Translations under genes and position numbers: made by a program
Source of the DNA: an uncultured Syntrophaceae bacterium
GTDB lineage: Bacteria > Desulfobacterota > Syntrophia > Syntrophales > UBA2210
Assembly (NCBI GenBank): GCA_964540715.1
Contig: CAZINZ010000002.1
Coordinates: 9,630-73,629 of the forward strand
DNA length: 64,000 nucleotides
Direction of reading: 5' to 3'
Notes under the pieces: generated by a model
Seen by the model: only the letters and a program-made list of their open reading frames with translations
What the model was told of the DNA's origin: nothing
The model's database searches: none
Shown: positions 7,932 through 18,583 of the stretch, one piece after another
Numbering within the stretch: the stretch's first letter is position 1
How the letters are laid out: each line of letters starts with the position of its first letter

Positions 7932-8600
7932 ATGAAAATCACAATTGTTTACGACAATGAAACATCAAGAAGAGACCTTACCCCTGACTGGGGATTTGCC
8001 TGTCTCGTAGAGGCACACGGAAAGAACATCCTTTTTGATACCGGCGCTAATGGTGCCATACTCCTTGACAATATGAAAAATCTCAACATCGATCCGGAAT
8101 CTATTGAAATAATTGTAATCTCACATGCCCACTGGGACCATACGGGAGGGCTGGCGGATTTTCTCAGAGAGAACAGCAGCGTCAGGTTATACATTCCTTC
8201 ATCGTACAACATCCCACCCGATTCGGCCAGGGAGGTTATAACGGTGAAAGAACCCATGGAAATCTGCGAAGGAATTTTCTCCACGGGAGAACTTCAGGGG
8301 TTCGAACAATTACCCTACGGTGACGAGATTGAACAATCACTTGTCGTCACCACGGACAGGGGACAGGTTGTGATAGCCGGTTGTTCTCACCCGGGTGTAA
8401 GGAATATACTGGAAGCGGCTTCCATACATGGAAGAATCCGCGCTCTTATAGGGGGCCTCCATGGCTTCAGTGAATTCGATCTGCTCAAGGGGATAGACAT
8501 AATCTGTGCCACCCATTGCACCCAGTTCAAGGCGAAGATAAAATCATTGTACCCCGATACATATATCGAGGGCGGCGCGGGACTGATAATCGACATATAG
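7932..8600 (+). CDS. MBL-fold metallo-hydrolase (COG1237-like)
   Basis: MKITIVYDN... with the HxHxDH motif ISHAHWDHTGG. Start set to ATG 7932, preceded by AAGG. Confidence 0.7.
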   Translation: MKITIVYDNETSRRDLTPDWGFACLVEAHGKNILFDTGANGAILLDNMKNLNIDPESIEIIVISHAHWDHTGGLADFLRENSSVRLYIPSSYNIPPDSAREVITVKEPMEICEGIFSTGELQGFEQLPYGDEIEQSLVVTTDRGQVVIAGCSHPGVRNILEAASIHGRIRALIGGLHGFSEFDLLKGIDIICATHCTQFKAKIKSLYPDTYIEGGAGLIIDI

Positions 8601-8638
8601 AGAAACCAAGGGCCGGAAATTGGAGATTGGAGTATTTT

Positions 8639-9313
8639 ATGAAACAAGACAACGTAAAACAGATGATGGGAAAAGGACCATTTGAAACACATACGGATGA
8701 ATACGAAGAGTGGTTTGAGAAAAACCGGTTCGTATATGAGGCTGAATTGCGAGCTGTGAAAGAACTGCTACCGACAAAGGGAGAAAGTATCGAGATCGGT
8801 GTGGGCTCAGGAAAATTCGCCCTTCCACTTGGTATCAGGCTTGGAATTGATCCGTCCCTGAAAATGGCTGAGATTGCCGTCAAACGGGGCATAGAGGTTT
8901 ATGAAGGTGTTGCCGAAGATCTTCCATTTGACAATGGCCGGTTTGATTTCGCACTAATGGTCACGGCAATCTGTTTCCTGAACGATGTAAAGGCCGCCCT
9001 GCGTGAGGCATACAGGATACTGAAGCCGGGCGGCGCGCTTGTGATTGGCTTTGTCGATAGCACCAGTCCTGTCGGAAAAAAATATGAAAGATATAAAGCC
9101 GAAAACAAATTTTACAGGGCAGCATCTTTTTATTCAACGGACAAGGTTGTTTCCCTTATGACAGACTCAGGGTTCGGAAATTTTGCATTTACTCAGACAA
9201 TCTTCCGTGATCTGAAGAACATAGACCATACAGAAGTGGTAAAGGATGGATACGGCGAAGGTTCGTTTGTCGTAATCAGGGGAGAAAAGCAGAAAGCTGA
9301 AGGAGGTAACTGA
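8639..9313 (+). CDS. class I SAM-dependent methyltransferase
   Basis: SAM motif I SIEIGVGSGKF and Methyltransf_11-like RILKPGGALVIG. Start set to ATG 8639 after GGAG. Confidence 0.75.
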   Translation: MKQDNVKQMMGKGPFETHTDEYEEWFEKNRFVYEAELRAVKELLPTKGESIEIGVGSGKFALPLGIRLGIDPSLKMAEIAVKRGIEVYEGVAEDLPFDNGRFDFALMVTAICFLNDVKAALREAYRILKPGGALVIGFVDSTSPVGKKYERYKAENKFYRAASFYSTDKVVSLMTDSGFGNFAFTQTIFRDLKNIDHTEVVKDGYGEGSFVVIRGEKQKAEGGN

Positions 9314-10561
9314 GTGGGATTTTTTAAGATATTTTCAGGTAAAAGCCCCGAAGAATATGAACGAAGAGGAGACGGTTTCTTCGAGACCATGGAATACGGG
9401 GCAGCCAGGCTGGAATATGAAGCAGCTCTGACCAAGATAAATAAGGGAGGTCCGGACGATAGAGACCTTGAAAATAGCCTCCGGGAAAAAATGGTCAGAA
9501 GCAGTGAAGCACTGGCCCTGCAGCACAAACAAAACGGGAAATTACTGAGAGAATCCGGGAACTATGAAGGCGCGTCGGAACTGTTCCACCTTGCGCTGGA
9601 ACTGACAGAAGATTCTAAGCTTGCGGCCGGACTCGAAGAACTGCTCGGCATGACTCATAACGACATCGGAGATAATAACTTAGAGGCGCCCTGGTTTCAC
9701 ACCACGGAAGACAAAGCAGAAGACCAGGAATGGAACATACAGGAAGGCGAGTATTTTACAGCCCTGTGCGGCGCGCTACCCGACGAGACACAGGACGCCT
9801 ATCGGAGCTATGGCGACGCATTCAGGACCGGATATGTTGCACTGAACCAGGGCGAATACGAACTGGCCCTGACAAAATTATCGCAGGCTCTCGAGGAAAA
9901 TCGGACGGACAGTCTGATCCCCCTTGAACTCGCCACTACCTGTCTGAACATGAAAAGATACGAAGAGGCCCTCACTCTTCTTGAACGATTCATCGAGGAG
10001 CACCCACGTTCCACACACGGGTACCATATCTTATGCGAAACCCTCTGGACAATGAAAAATTTTGATGAGGCCGATGAACTGCTCTTTTCCTGTCCGGGAG
10101 ATCTTGCAGAGACAACGCCAATCCTGCATCTCAAAGGGGAATCGCTCTATCGGTCCGGAAGACATCGGGAGGCGGAGGCCTTCTATCTGGATATCCTTCA
10201 ATCTCACGACTGGGATGAGCATACTGCCCTGTCACTGGCGGCAACATATGAAGCGCTGGGGGAAAACGACGCGGCTCTTGAAATGTACAGCGAAATAATG
10301 GAAAAATGCACCGGCTGCGGCGTGAAGGTTGCACCCTTTATCAAACAGAAGTACGCGGATATATCGACGGAACTTGGTGATTATTCTGCGAAGATACTGG
10401 AAATATACCTCTCTCTGATTGAAGAAGACCCCGCGGGCAGGGAATATTACTTCAGAAAAGTGGCACACATATACACCTCCATGGGAAACGAGAGAGAAGC
10501 AAGGAGGTACCGATCGTTCGCCGATAACATGGGCGGACCATCCACAGAATCCGATTATTAA
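9314..10561 (+). CDS. tetratricopeptide-repeat protein
   Basis: 415 aa with multiple TPR-like A..Y/F..AL helical repeats. The GTG start immediately follows the upstream TGA. Confidence 0.6.
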   Translation: MGFFKIFSGKSPEEYERRGDGFFETMEYGAARLEYEAALTKINKGGPDDRDLENSLREKMVRSSEALALQHKQNGKLLRESGNYEGASELFHLALELTEDSKLAAGLEELLGMTHNDIGDNNLEAPWFHTTEDKAEDQEWNIQEGEYFTALCGALPDETQDAYRSYGDAFRTGYVALNQGEYELALTKLSQALEENRTDSLIPLELATTCLNMKRYEEALTLLERFIEEHPRSTHGYHILCETLWTMKNFDEADELLFSCPGDLAETTPILHLKGESLYRSGRHREAEAFYLDILQSHDWDEHTALSLAATYEALGENDAALEMYSEIMEKCTGCGVKVAPFIKQKYADISTELGDYSAKILEIYLSLIEEDPAGREYYFRKVAHIYTSMGNEREARRYRSFADNMGGPSTESDY

Positions 10562-10564
10562 AAA

Positions 10565-11344
10565 ATGAAAATTAAACTTTTGCTGATAGACGCACTCAAC
10601 CTCATCCGCCGCGTGTATGCCGCACAACCTGGAGAAGACGGACCTAATCGCGTGGATGACGCCTTAAAAACAGGCGTCCACTCCCTTCGGCGTGCCCTGC
10701 GTGAATGCCGGCCCACCCACGCGATTTGTGTCTTTGACAGCCACGAACCGAGCTGGCGCCATGACCTGTATCCCGGTTACAAGGCCGGACGGCCGCCAAT
10801 GCCCGAGGATCTCAATTCGCGGATGAACCGGTTCAAGGACGCGTTTTCGGAGATCGGAGTCCGCTCTGTGTGTTTCCCCACACTCGAAGCGGATGACATT
10901 ATTGCCACACTTGCCGGAAAGATAGCATCCCGAAGTGGCAAGGTTGTCATACTTTCAACAGACAGGATGTTTCTGCAGCTTGTTTCAGATTTGATAGTGG
11001 TGCGCGACCATTTCAATAAACTGGATATGGATCAGGCATACGTAAAGGAAAAACTGCACGTACAGCCGGATCAACTGGTGGATTTCTTCGCGCTGACGGG
11101 ATACGCCACCAACAACATACCCGGAGTCCACACAGCAGGTCCAAAGACAGCCGCCCGGCTGCTGAACGAACTGGAAAGCCTGGATAATATTCTGTCGGTT
11201 GCCTATACCATCAAGGGCAAGTTGGGCGAGATGTTATGCAAACATGCCGGAGAGGCGCGCCTCTCCCAATCCCTGGTTCGCCTGAAAGATGATATAGAAC
11301 TGGGGCTTAATCTGAAATCATTTCGATACACGACGGAACCCTGA
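10565..11344 (+). CDS. xni: flap endonuclease Xni / 5'-3' exonuclease family
   Basis: MKIKLLLIDALNLIRRVY, YPGYKAGRPPMPEDL, LEADDIIATLA, and an H3TH-like GVHTAGPKTAARLL. Confidence 0.8.
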   Translation: MKIKLLLIDALNLIRRVYAAQPGEDGPNRVDDALKTGVHSLRRALRECRPTHAICVFDSHEPSWRHDLYPGYKAGRPPMPEDLNSRMNRFKDAFSEIGVRSVCFPTLEADDIIATLAGKIASRSGKVVILSTDRMFLQLVSDLIVVRDHFNKLDMDQAYVKEKLHVQPDQLVDFFALTGYATNNIPGVHTAGPKTAARLLNELESLDNILSVAYTIKGKLGEMLCKHAGEARLSQSLVRLKDDIELGLNLKSFRYTTEP

Positions 11345-11498
11345 TGCTAAATGCTGAAGATTCTGGTTCTTGAGTAGAATAGCGCTAATTTTATCGTGTC
11401 ACTCGCGCCAAAAAAGGGTATAGTACGCGGCACTGTCGTGATAGGCTTTATCGAGAAGAAAACGGGGGTTTAACCTGAACTTTCGGGAGAGAGATACC

Positions 11499-12647
11499 AT
11501 GAATTTCAAAATGGACCGAACTTCAAGAAAATCTTTTCAAGGTTCATGCAGGGTGTTCCTGGTCACTTCCGGTGTTGCCCTGTTAATATTATGCCTGTCA
11601 GCAACAACTGTCGCTTCAGGGGATGCCATGTCTAAGTTTACCCTCCTCGTAGAACAAGACAGTGGATTATCCGCAGCGGAAAAGGAACAATGGACATCCA
11701 CTACCATGGAAGCGTTTCGGGACAAGGAATTCACTTTTGACTACAGTCGCCTGATCTATGGGATTCTTTCACAAGGAAAATTCGATGAAGTCACAATGGA
11801 TAAGACTATTCAGGTGGCTCTTCATTCAACCATGGCTATGGAACAGGGAGCGCCCGAAGAGGAAGTTGGTGAGCTTGCCCTATTCGCGTTTTCAACAAAT
11901 CTTCTTCCCGAAGAAATCCGGCTGTACGCAGTCACAACAAAGAAGTGCAGCGCCGCCGGAGTACCGGTTTACGTTACGCGGGAAATGATACGTCATGCCA
12001 AGGAAGAACTCTGGCCCGAGAATACCTTTACTACTATAATGAATGGTCTGACAGAGTCCGCCAGGCGCAACATGGCTACCGAAAAAATCGCTCTCTTCAT
12101 GCTTATTTCAGTAGCACAAAAGCTTGGAACTCCGGAACAGATCGTCCGGGACGCGCTTGAAGATGCCCGACAACGTAAATCCGCCCCACTGCAGAAAGAG
12201 CGAACCATACCGACGACCCCAACACCTGCCGTTACTCCAGCACCCTTAACCCCAAGGGTAGCCCTTAACTTTGACGCATTCAGACAGTCTGTCGAATCAT
12301 TCCTCGGCACGCCCTATAGATGGGGAGGAAATAGTCGAATGGGCGTCGATTGCTCCGGGTTCACCAGTCTTGTCATGTATGAAAACGGCTACCGGGTCCC
12401 CCGCGTGAGCGGTAATCAGGCAAGGGTGGGGGCACCTGTTTACAAAAACCAGCTTCAGTTAGGCGATCTTGTGTTTTTTGACACAAAGGGTAGTGGAAGA
12501 ATCACCCATGTGGGTTTTTACCTTGGAGGAAACCTTATGGCACACGCCTCTTCGAGCAAAGGAGTGACCATAGTTTTTTTCAGTAACAGGTATTTCCAGT
12601 CACGTTATGTAACAGCCCGCCGGATTATAAGATACGTAAACAGGTAA
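11499..12647 (+). CDS. NlpC/P60 (C40) family peptidoglycan peptidase with N-terminal signal/anchor
   Basis: The C-terminal domain reads GTPYRWGGNSRMGVDCSGF ... ITHVGFYLGG (catalytic Cys and His). Confidence 0.8.
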   Translation: MNFKMDRTSRKSFQGSCRVFLVTSGVALLILCLSATTVASGDAMSKFTLLVEQDSGLSAAEKEQWTSTTMEAFRDKEFTFDYSRLIYGILSQGKFDEVTMDKTIQVALHSTMAMEQGAPEEEVGELALFAFSTNLLPEEIRLYAVTTKKCSAAGVPVYVTREMIRHAKEELWPENTFTTIMNGLTESARRNMATEKIALFMLISVAQKLGTPEQIVRDALEDARQRKSAPLQKERTIPTTPTPAVTPAPLTPRVALNFDAFRQSVESFLGTPYRWGGNSRMGVDCSGFTSLVMYENGYRVPRVSGNQARVGAPVYKNQLQLGDLVFFDTKGSGRITHVGFYLGGNLMAHASSSKGVTIVFFSNRYFQSRYVTARRIIRYVNR

Positions 12648-12842
12648 TATATTCGTTGCTGAGGGTGCCGTATGCGTGTAGCTACCTTTTTTCTTTTGGA
12701 GACAGATACGATTTCCCTCGAATTCACAAACCAGTTCACAAAACATTTTGACACAGACAAGAAATCGTGCAAAAAGATAAATTCTATTCAGTTCTCAGGT
12801 TGGCAGTGAATTGTCGGGTGGATTAGCCCACTGGAAAACATC

Positions 12843-13730
12843 ATGAATAAAAATGATAATCAAGGCATGAAAGACGACATCAAGGTGACCTTCTGGGGTG
12901 TTCGTGGAACATTGCCGGTTCCAGGCCTGAACTCAGTGCTGTACGGGGGAAATACTTCATGCGTAAGCGTTGAATTCCCAAACGATAATTTCTTCATCTT
13001 CGATGCCGGAACTGGGATCAAGGAACTGTCAAATTACTTTATATCTAAACACGCATGCACAAAAGCAACAGTTTTTATTTCGCATCCTCACTGGGATCAT
13101 ATAAACGGCATCCCCTTCTTTGCGCCACTGTATACAAAGGGAAACGAGTTTAAAATCTATGGCCCGCCTAATGGAGGCATGTCCATGCGGAAATTGATAT
13201 CAGGGCAAATGGACGGTGTATATTTTCCAATAAACATAAAGGGATTCGAGGCGAAAGTTTCTTTCCACAATCTCGGGGAACAAACGTTCACTATAAACAC
13301 ACTGCAGATACAAACAATGTTCTTGAATCACCCGGGGCAATGTCTTGGTTATCGTCTGAATTACAAAGACAAGTCCGTCTGTTATATCACCGATAACGAA
13401 ATTTACCCGCAGTCCAGCAGACTCTACAACGAGAGTTATGTAAACAAACTGAAAGACTTTGTCTCAGATACGGATGTATTAATAACTGACTGTACCTACA
13501 CGGATGACGAATATGGAGGGAAAATCGGATGGGGACATTCATCCGTAAGTCAGGTAGCGCAACTGGCCGACATGGCCGCAGTAAAATCCCTGTTCCTGTT
13601 TCACCATGACCCTGATCAAACTGACACTGACATAGACAACAAACTGAAGATGGCCCGGGCCATCTTGGAAATGAAGGGCTCCTCCACCAAATGCATTGCA
13701 CCGAAAGAGAGAGAATCTTTCGACGTATAG
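12843..13730 (+). CDS. MBL-fold metallo-hydrolase
   Basis: IKVTFWGVRGTLPVPG and the HxHxDH motif ISHPHWDHINGIP; 295 aa. Confidence 0.7.
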   Translation: MNKNDNQGMKDDIKVTFWGVRGTLPVPGLNSVLYGGNTSCVSVEFPNDNFFIFDAGTGIKELSNYFISKHACTKATVFISHPHWDHINGIPFFAPLYTKGNEFKIYGPPNGGMSMRKLISGQMDGVYFPINIKGFEAKVSFHNLGEQTFTINTLQIQTMFLNHPGQCLGYRLNYKDKSVCYITDNEIYPQSSRLYNESYVNKLKDFVSDTDVLITDCTYTDDEYGGKIGWGHSSVSQVAQLADMAAVKSLFLFHHDPDQTDTDIDNKLKMARAILEMKGSSTKCIAPKERESFDV

Positions 13731-13776
13731 TGGATAAGACTGGGACTGAGGCGTTTCATCACAACACTCAAGATAG

Positions 13777-14136
13777 ATGGCAGAACCCCTTAAAAACCAA
13801 CCGATTAGCGGGATCAACAACACAAAGCGGATGACATGTGACCCGCCGCAGAATGAGCGACCCCAAAAGTTCAGTCTCAGATTCTGGATAGGAATAATCC
13901 TCCTGACAACCAATCAACCGCTTGGCTGGGTGGCCCTGCTTGTATGTAGTGCCCTGGCCATAGATGAACACAGCGAATTCATCTTCTTCTTTGGGATAGC
14001 GTTATATGCTCTGACCTGGGGAATGTTGGGACTGGGTGCATTACTGGCTGGACCGGAAGGTCTCCGTTATTCTCACCTTCTGTTGACAAAGTCATGGCGG
14101 TATATTGTTCGTCATCTTAAGATACGGCAGAGGTAA
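13777..14136 (+). CDS. hypothetical membrane protein
   Basis: 119-aa ORF with 2-3 hydrophobic segments (FWIGIILLTT, WVALLVCSALAI, FFFGIALYALTWGMLGLGALLAG). No recognisable family. Confidence 0.35.
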   Translation: MAEPLKNQPISGINNTKRMTCDPPQNERPQKFSLRFWIGIILLTTNQPLGWVALLVCSALAIDEHSEFIFFFGIALYALTWGMLGLGALLAGPEGLRYSHLLLTKSWRYIVRHLKIRQR

Positions 14137-14347
14137 AGAGACAGGGCAACATTTCACCATACCATAGCCTGTCACCACCAGTTTCGTGATCTACTCCAGG
14201 GTTTTCAAGTCTCTTCAGCTTTTCGCAATTGACTTCGCATGATATTCTGGATCTATGATGCTGTTACTTATTTTCGGACGGCCTCCTGACCCCGGTAACC
14301 GCGATAAGTGTGTTAGCGAAATTTGTCTGCAAAAAATTTCTACCTTA

Positions 14348-15523
14348 CTAATCCGCCTGTCTCCTCAGAAAGGCAGGTGTTTCAAAGTCGGGATTATCAT
14401 CATCGAGTATCGTCCCCATACTTACGGCAGCAGGTTTATCTCCTGTCTTATCGTCTCTGTTTCTCATAAAAGTTGGCCTGGCAATGTTTCCCTTTCTCCT
14501 GGTGTTGCCTGGTTGCAAGGTGGAAATCTCAGCCGTCATCTCACAATTACGCTCATTTGAATCGAATCCCGTTGCAATTACGGTAATCCGTACCTCGTCT
14601 CCCATACTGTCATCAACAACCGTTCCGAATATGATATTTGCGTCTTCGTGCGCCTCGGCCTGTATCAGTGATGACGCCTCATTTACCTCAAAAAGTGTCA
14701 TCTCGGACCCGCCTGTTATGTTGAGAAGTATCCCTCGAGCCCCCTGAATTGAATTATCTTCGAGCAGGGGAGAGGATATCGCCTTCTGTGCGGCTTCAAT
14801 CGCCCTGTTGTCACCACTGGCGATACCGGTACCCATAAGTGCCAGTCCCATCTCGGACATGATGTTCTTTACGTCAGCGAAATCGAGATTGATCAGACCG
14901 GGGACCATGATAAGGTCGGAAATCCCCTTAACTCCATTGTACAGGATATCATCGGCCTTTTTGAAGGCATCCGGCAAAGTCATGTTTCTGCCGCTGATAC
15001 TCAGAAGCCGTTGATTCGGAACCACAATGAGGGTATCAACCACCTTTCTTAATTCGGCAAGACCCTGTTCCGCCTGTTTAGTTCGTTTCTTGCCCTCAAA
15101 TTGAAACGGTTTTGTGACTACCGCGACAGTCAGCGCTCCAAGCTCCTTTGCAATTTCAGCTACAATTGGCGCGCCGCCAGTCCCTGTGCCTCCTCCAAGA
15201 CCTGCTGTCACAAAAACCATGTCCGCTCCATCCAGGATTTCCTTCAGCCTGTCCTGAGATTCGATGGCTGCCTTTTTACCCACTTCAGGGTCAGAACCGG
15301 CACCGAGACCCTTTGTAATCTCTGCCCCGAGTTGTACCTTTATTGAGGCACTTGACGCTGTCATAGCCTGTGAATCTGTATTTGCCACAATAAAATCCAC
15401 CCCGGTGAGTTGATAAGCAATCATCATATTGACGGCATTCCCTCCGCCGCCTCCGACACCTATTACCTTGACCCTGGCGGCATTGTTGTTATCACCGCAT
15501 TTTACCAACTCAAACATAACCAT
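14348..15523 (-). CDS. ftsZ: cell division protein FtsZ
   Basis: Tubulin signature [16 protein letters not shown], and the C-terminal peptide [13 protein letters not shown]. Confidence 0.97.
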   Translation of the reverse strand: MVMFELVKCGDNNNAARVKVIGVGGGGGNAVNMMIAYQLTGVDFIVANTDSQAMTASSASIKVQLGAEITKGLGAGSDPEVGKKAAIESQDRLKEILDGADMVFVTAGLGGGTGTGGAPIVAEIAKELGALTVAVVTKPFQFEGKKRTKQAEQGLAELRKVVDTLIVVPNQRLLSISGRNMTLPDAFKKADDILYNGVKGISDLIMVPGLINLDFADVKNIMSEMGLALMGTGIASGDNRAIEAAQKAISSPLLEDNSIQGARGILLNITGGSEMTLFEVNEASSLIQAEAHEDANIIFGTVVDDSMGDEVRITVIATGFDSNERNCEMTAEISTLQPGNTRRKGNIARPTFMRNRDDKTGDKPAAVSMGTILDDDNPDFETPAFLRRQAD

Positions 15524-15535
15524 TCCCCCTCTTTC

Positions 15536-16762
15536 TTAAAAGAAATCGTTGAACCATTTTTTAATTCTCGTCTTTAGCCCTCGTAATATTTTTCTCTCGC
15601 TTCTATCCATTTTAAAGTCAGAATAATCGTTACTTCCACGAACAACCAGTCCCACTCCCGTCGCATACATCGGATGATTAATCACATCTGTAATACCTCC
15701 GACACCAGCAGGACACCCCTTTCTTACCGGTGAATTAAATATCTGCTCCGCCAGTTCAGTTATTCCTTCAAGCATTGCGGTCCCCCCCGTAAGCACAACA
15801 CCTCCGGCGAGTAGATCATCATACCCTGCTTTAACAATCTCCCTGAGCGCAAGACTGAGAATCTCTTCCACACGCGGCTCGATGATCTCCCCCAGCACCT
15901 GTCTTGAAATATTTCTCGGATTTCTTCCACCCACACTTGGAACCTCAATGATTTCATTTTGTGGAATCATTTTAGTATATGCGCAGCCATATTTTATCTT
16001 TATCTTTTCAGCTTCCTGAACCGGGGTCCGCAAGCCCACAGAGATATCACTTGTTACATAATTACCCCCCAGAGGCAGGACATGAGTGTGCTGAATACTT
16101 CCCTCAGCAAATACCGCTATGTCAGAAGTGCCTCCACCGATATCGATCAGGGCAACACCGAGTTCCTTTTCATCCTGACTGAGGACCGTCTCGCTTGAGG
16201 CCATTTGTTCCAGGATAACGTCATTGACATCCAGACCCACACGATTAATCGACTTTATTATGTTCTGTACGGATGTAATTGCAGCAGTAACAACATGGAC
16301 CTTGGCCTCAAGCCTGACACCCGACATCCCGATTGGTTCTTTTACTCCATCCTGATCGTCAACCATATAGTACTGTGGCAATATATGAATCACTCTCCTA
16401 TCCAGAGGAATGGCAACCGCCCTGGCCGCTTCGAGGGCTCTCTTTACATCATATTCATCAACTTCACCGCCCTTAACCGCCACAATGCCATAGCTGTTCA
16501 ACCCCTGTATGTGACTTCCGGCAATACCTGCGTAAACCGACCTTATTTCACATCCCGACATCAATTCCGCTTCTTCCACGGCCCTCTTTATTGAATCAAC
16601 GGTACTGTCAATATTAACTACCACCCCTTTTCGAAGACCGATTGACCGATGAGTGCCAATCCCGATTATATCTATTCCCACGTTCGTAATTTTTCCGACG
16701 ATGGCACATACCTTGGTCGTTCCTATATCCAGCCCAACTATGATATCTTCATTTCTTGCCAT
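15536..16762 (-). CDS. ftsA: cell division protein FtsA
   Basis: Actin-like ATPase: IVGLDIGTTKVCAIVG, DIGGGTSDIAVF. Located between ftsQ and ftsZ. Confidence 0.95.
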   Translation of the reverse strand: MARNEDIIVGLDIGTTKVCAIVGKITNVGIDIIGIGTHRSIGLRKGVVVNIDSTVDSIKRAVEEAELMSGCEIRSVYAGIAGSHIQGLNSYGIVAVKGGEVDEYDVKRALEAARAVAIPLDRRVIHILPQYYMVDDQDGVKEPIGMSGVRLEAKVHVVTAAITSVQNIIKSINRVGLDVNDVILEQMASSETVLSQDEKELGVALIDIGGGTSDIAVFAEGSIQHTHVLPLGGNYVTSDISVGLRTPVQEAEKIKIKYGCAYTKMIPQNEIIEVPSVGGRNPRNISRQVLGEIIEPRVEEILSLALREIVKAGYDDLLAGGVVLTGGTAMLEGITELAEQIFNSPVRKGCPAGVGGITDVINHPMYATGVGLVVRGSNDYSDFKMDRSERKILRGLKTRIKKWFNDFF

Positions 16763-16781
16763 TAGCTTTTCCTTTCCGACA

Positions 16782-17633
16782 TCATATCTCCATCTTGCGA
16801 TCTTTTGTCAGGTTCCTCGGACCGAAAACATTTCCACGCTCGACTGCAATCCTGCTGCAATCCACAAGATCAATACTCAAAAACTTCCTGTCCAAACCCC
16901 TTTGCTCCAAATCGGCCATAACCCTCTTAAGCCTTTTTAACTTGGCTTCGTAGTCCCCAAAACCAATATTCAAAAACAAATGGTTGTCCGTAAAGACAGA
17001 AAAGGCATATACATCATCTGCATAAATCTCGGACACATTCCATTCCATTGGGAAATTATCTCTTTTAGAAAGACAGTTCAGAAATTCAAAGGCATTCTCC
17101 AGCAGGCCTTTCCTTACGCCGCCATTTCTGTAGCTCCCTGTAATAACAGGGGCATCCACCATATCGCCGGTCTCAAATCTTTTGAACACCACTCCGTTAC
17201 GACCCACAACGTACATTTCCTTGTCATTTTTAAGGAGAGCGACGGCATCTCTCTCAACAATTTCAATCACCAGCCTGTCGGGAAATTCCCTCCCGACGGA
17301 GGCATTCCTGATCCACGGATCATTTTCTATCTCCCGCGCCATCTTTCTGAGATTTACAGTCAGGATATTCATGGAGGATGATATCCCTGCCAGCTCAATA
17401 ACTTTCTCCCTGCTGATCTTGTCGCAACCCCTGACAATAGTATTTTTCAACCTGAAATAATCCGCGCACATGGCAAAATTATACGCATATACCATTAAAG
17501 TAGCTAACAGACCTGCAACGCTGATAATTGCAAGCATCTTGAAGATTTCACCCGGCATCACCCCTGATCTGTGTTTCAATCTGTTCTTCCTTGCCGAACG
17601 GGTTGTTTTGAAGGGCTTCCTCAAAGTAGTCAC
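16782..17633 (-). CDS. ftsQ: cell division protein FtsQ (POTRA domain)
   Basis: Single TM (MLAIISVAGLLATLMVYAY) followed by a POTRA/FtsQ-type domain. 4-nt overlap with the murB stop. Confidence 0.85.
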   Translation of the reverse strand: MTTLRKPFKTTRSARKNRLKHRSGVMPGEIFKMLAIISVAGLLATLMVYAYNFAMCADYFRLKNTIVRGCDKISREKVIELAGISSSMNILTVNLRKMAREIENDPWIRNASVGREFPDRLVIEIVERDAVALLKNDKEMYVVGRNGVVFKRFETGDMVDAPVITGSYRNGGVRKGLLENAFEFLNCLSKRDNFPMEWNVSEIYADDVYAFSVFTDNHLFLNIGFGDYEAKLKRLKRVMADLEQRGLDRKFLSIDLVDCSRIAVERGNVFGPRNLTKDRKMEI

Positions 17634-18583
17634 TCCCCTATGATCTTTATTTCTGTTTCAAGAGCAATTCCCCTCTCATCGAGGACCCTCTTTTGAGCCA
17701 GGTCAATCAGGGCAATAATATCCCCTGCTTTCGCATTGCCCAGATTCACAATGAAATTTCCATGTTTCCCGGATATTTCCGCATCCCCTACCCTGAGGCC
17801 TTTAAGCCCGGCTTCTTCAATCATTTTTCCTGCCGGATAATCGGGAGGATTTTTGAATACTGATCCCGCGCTCCGGTACGCGAGAGGATGCTTCTCCCTG
17901 CGCGCCGCACTAATGTCCGAAATCTTTCCCTGGATTTCATTTCTGCTTCCACTTACAAGGTAAAACTCGGCGCCGGTAATAATTGCCCCCGCGGGAAGGA
18001 CAAGATTCCTGTACTCAAACGACAGGGCCTCTCTTTCTATCTCTCTTATCTTCGCGCCGTTATCGAGAATGGAGACTGATTTCACTACATCCTTCATCTC
18101 CCTCCCCCACGCGCCGGCATTCATTTTTACGGCGCCGCCGACACTGCCCGGTATTCCGGCACAGAATTCCAGCCCGGCAAGCGCTTCTCTGGCCGAAAAA
18201 ACGACAATGTCGGAAAGTAAAACCCCTGCCTGAGCGTAAACGCATACTCCACCGGCATATTCTTCTTTTAAGGTAGATCCACTGGGAAGATTTCCTCCCC
18301 CTATCTCCATTCTTCGCAGTGCCTCAAGCGAGATCAGCGCTCCTCTGTAACCACCATCTCTCACGATAAGATTCGAACAGTTCCCTACGGGCATAAAGGG
18401 AACATCTTCTTTATGTAAAAGTGTCACCAGATCTTTCAGTTCACTCACAGTATCAGGAACGATCAGCGCGTCAGCCCTTCCCCCGACGCCCATGGAGGTA
18501 TGCATGGACATTGGTTCATCAAAAAGCACCCTCCCGGTGACCGTGCTGACTATTTCGTTTCTTAACTGTTTGTCTGCAATCAT
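17630..18583 (-). CDS. murB: UDP-N-acetylenolpyruvoylglucosamine reductase
   Basis: FAD-binding PCMH domain (MGVGGRADALIVP, PVGNCSNLIVRDGG) and C-terminal SAGSVFKNP. The start was moved to ATG 18583, which overlaps the murC stop (ATGA). Confidence 0.9.
   Translation of the reverse strand: MIADKQLRNEIVSTVTGRVLFDEPMSMHTSMGVGGRADALIVPDTVSELKDLVTLLHKEDVPFMPVGNCSNLIVRDGGYRGALISLEALRRMEIGGGNLPSGSTLKEEYAGGVCVYAQAGVLLSDIVVFSAREALAGLEFCAGIPGSVGGAVKMNAGAWGREMKDVVKSVSILDNGAKIREIEREALSFEYRNLVLPAGAIITGAEFYLVSGSRNEIQGKISDISAARREKHPLAYRSAGSVFKNPPDYPAGKMIEEAGLKGLRVGDAEISGKHGNFIVNLGNAKAGDIIALIDLAQKRVLDERGIALETEIKIIGE

Noticed and set aside
11345-11498. Possible c-di-AMP (ydaO-type) riboswitch upstream of the NlpC/P60 gene
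   Set aside because: Only one ACGGGGG-like element is present. The second pseudo-symmetric half and the CCCGA/ACCUCG-type conserved segments are not visible.
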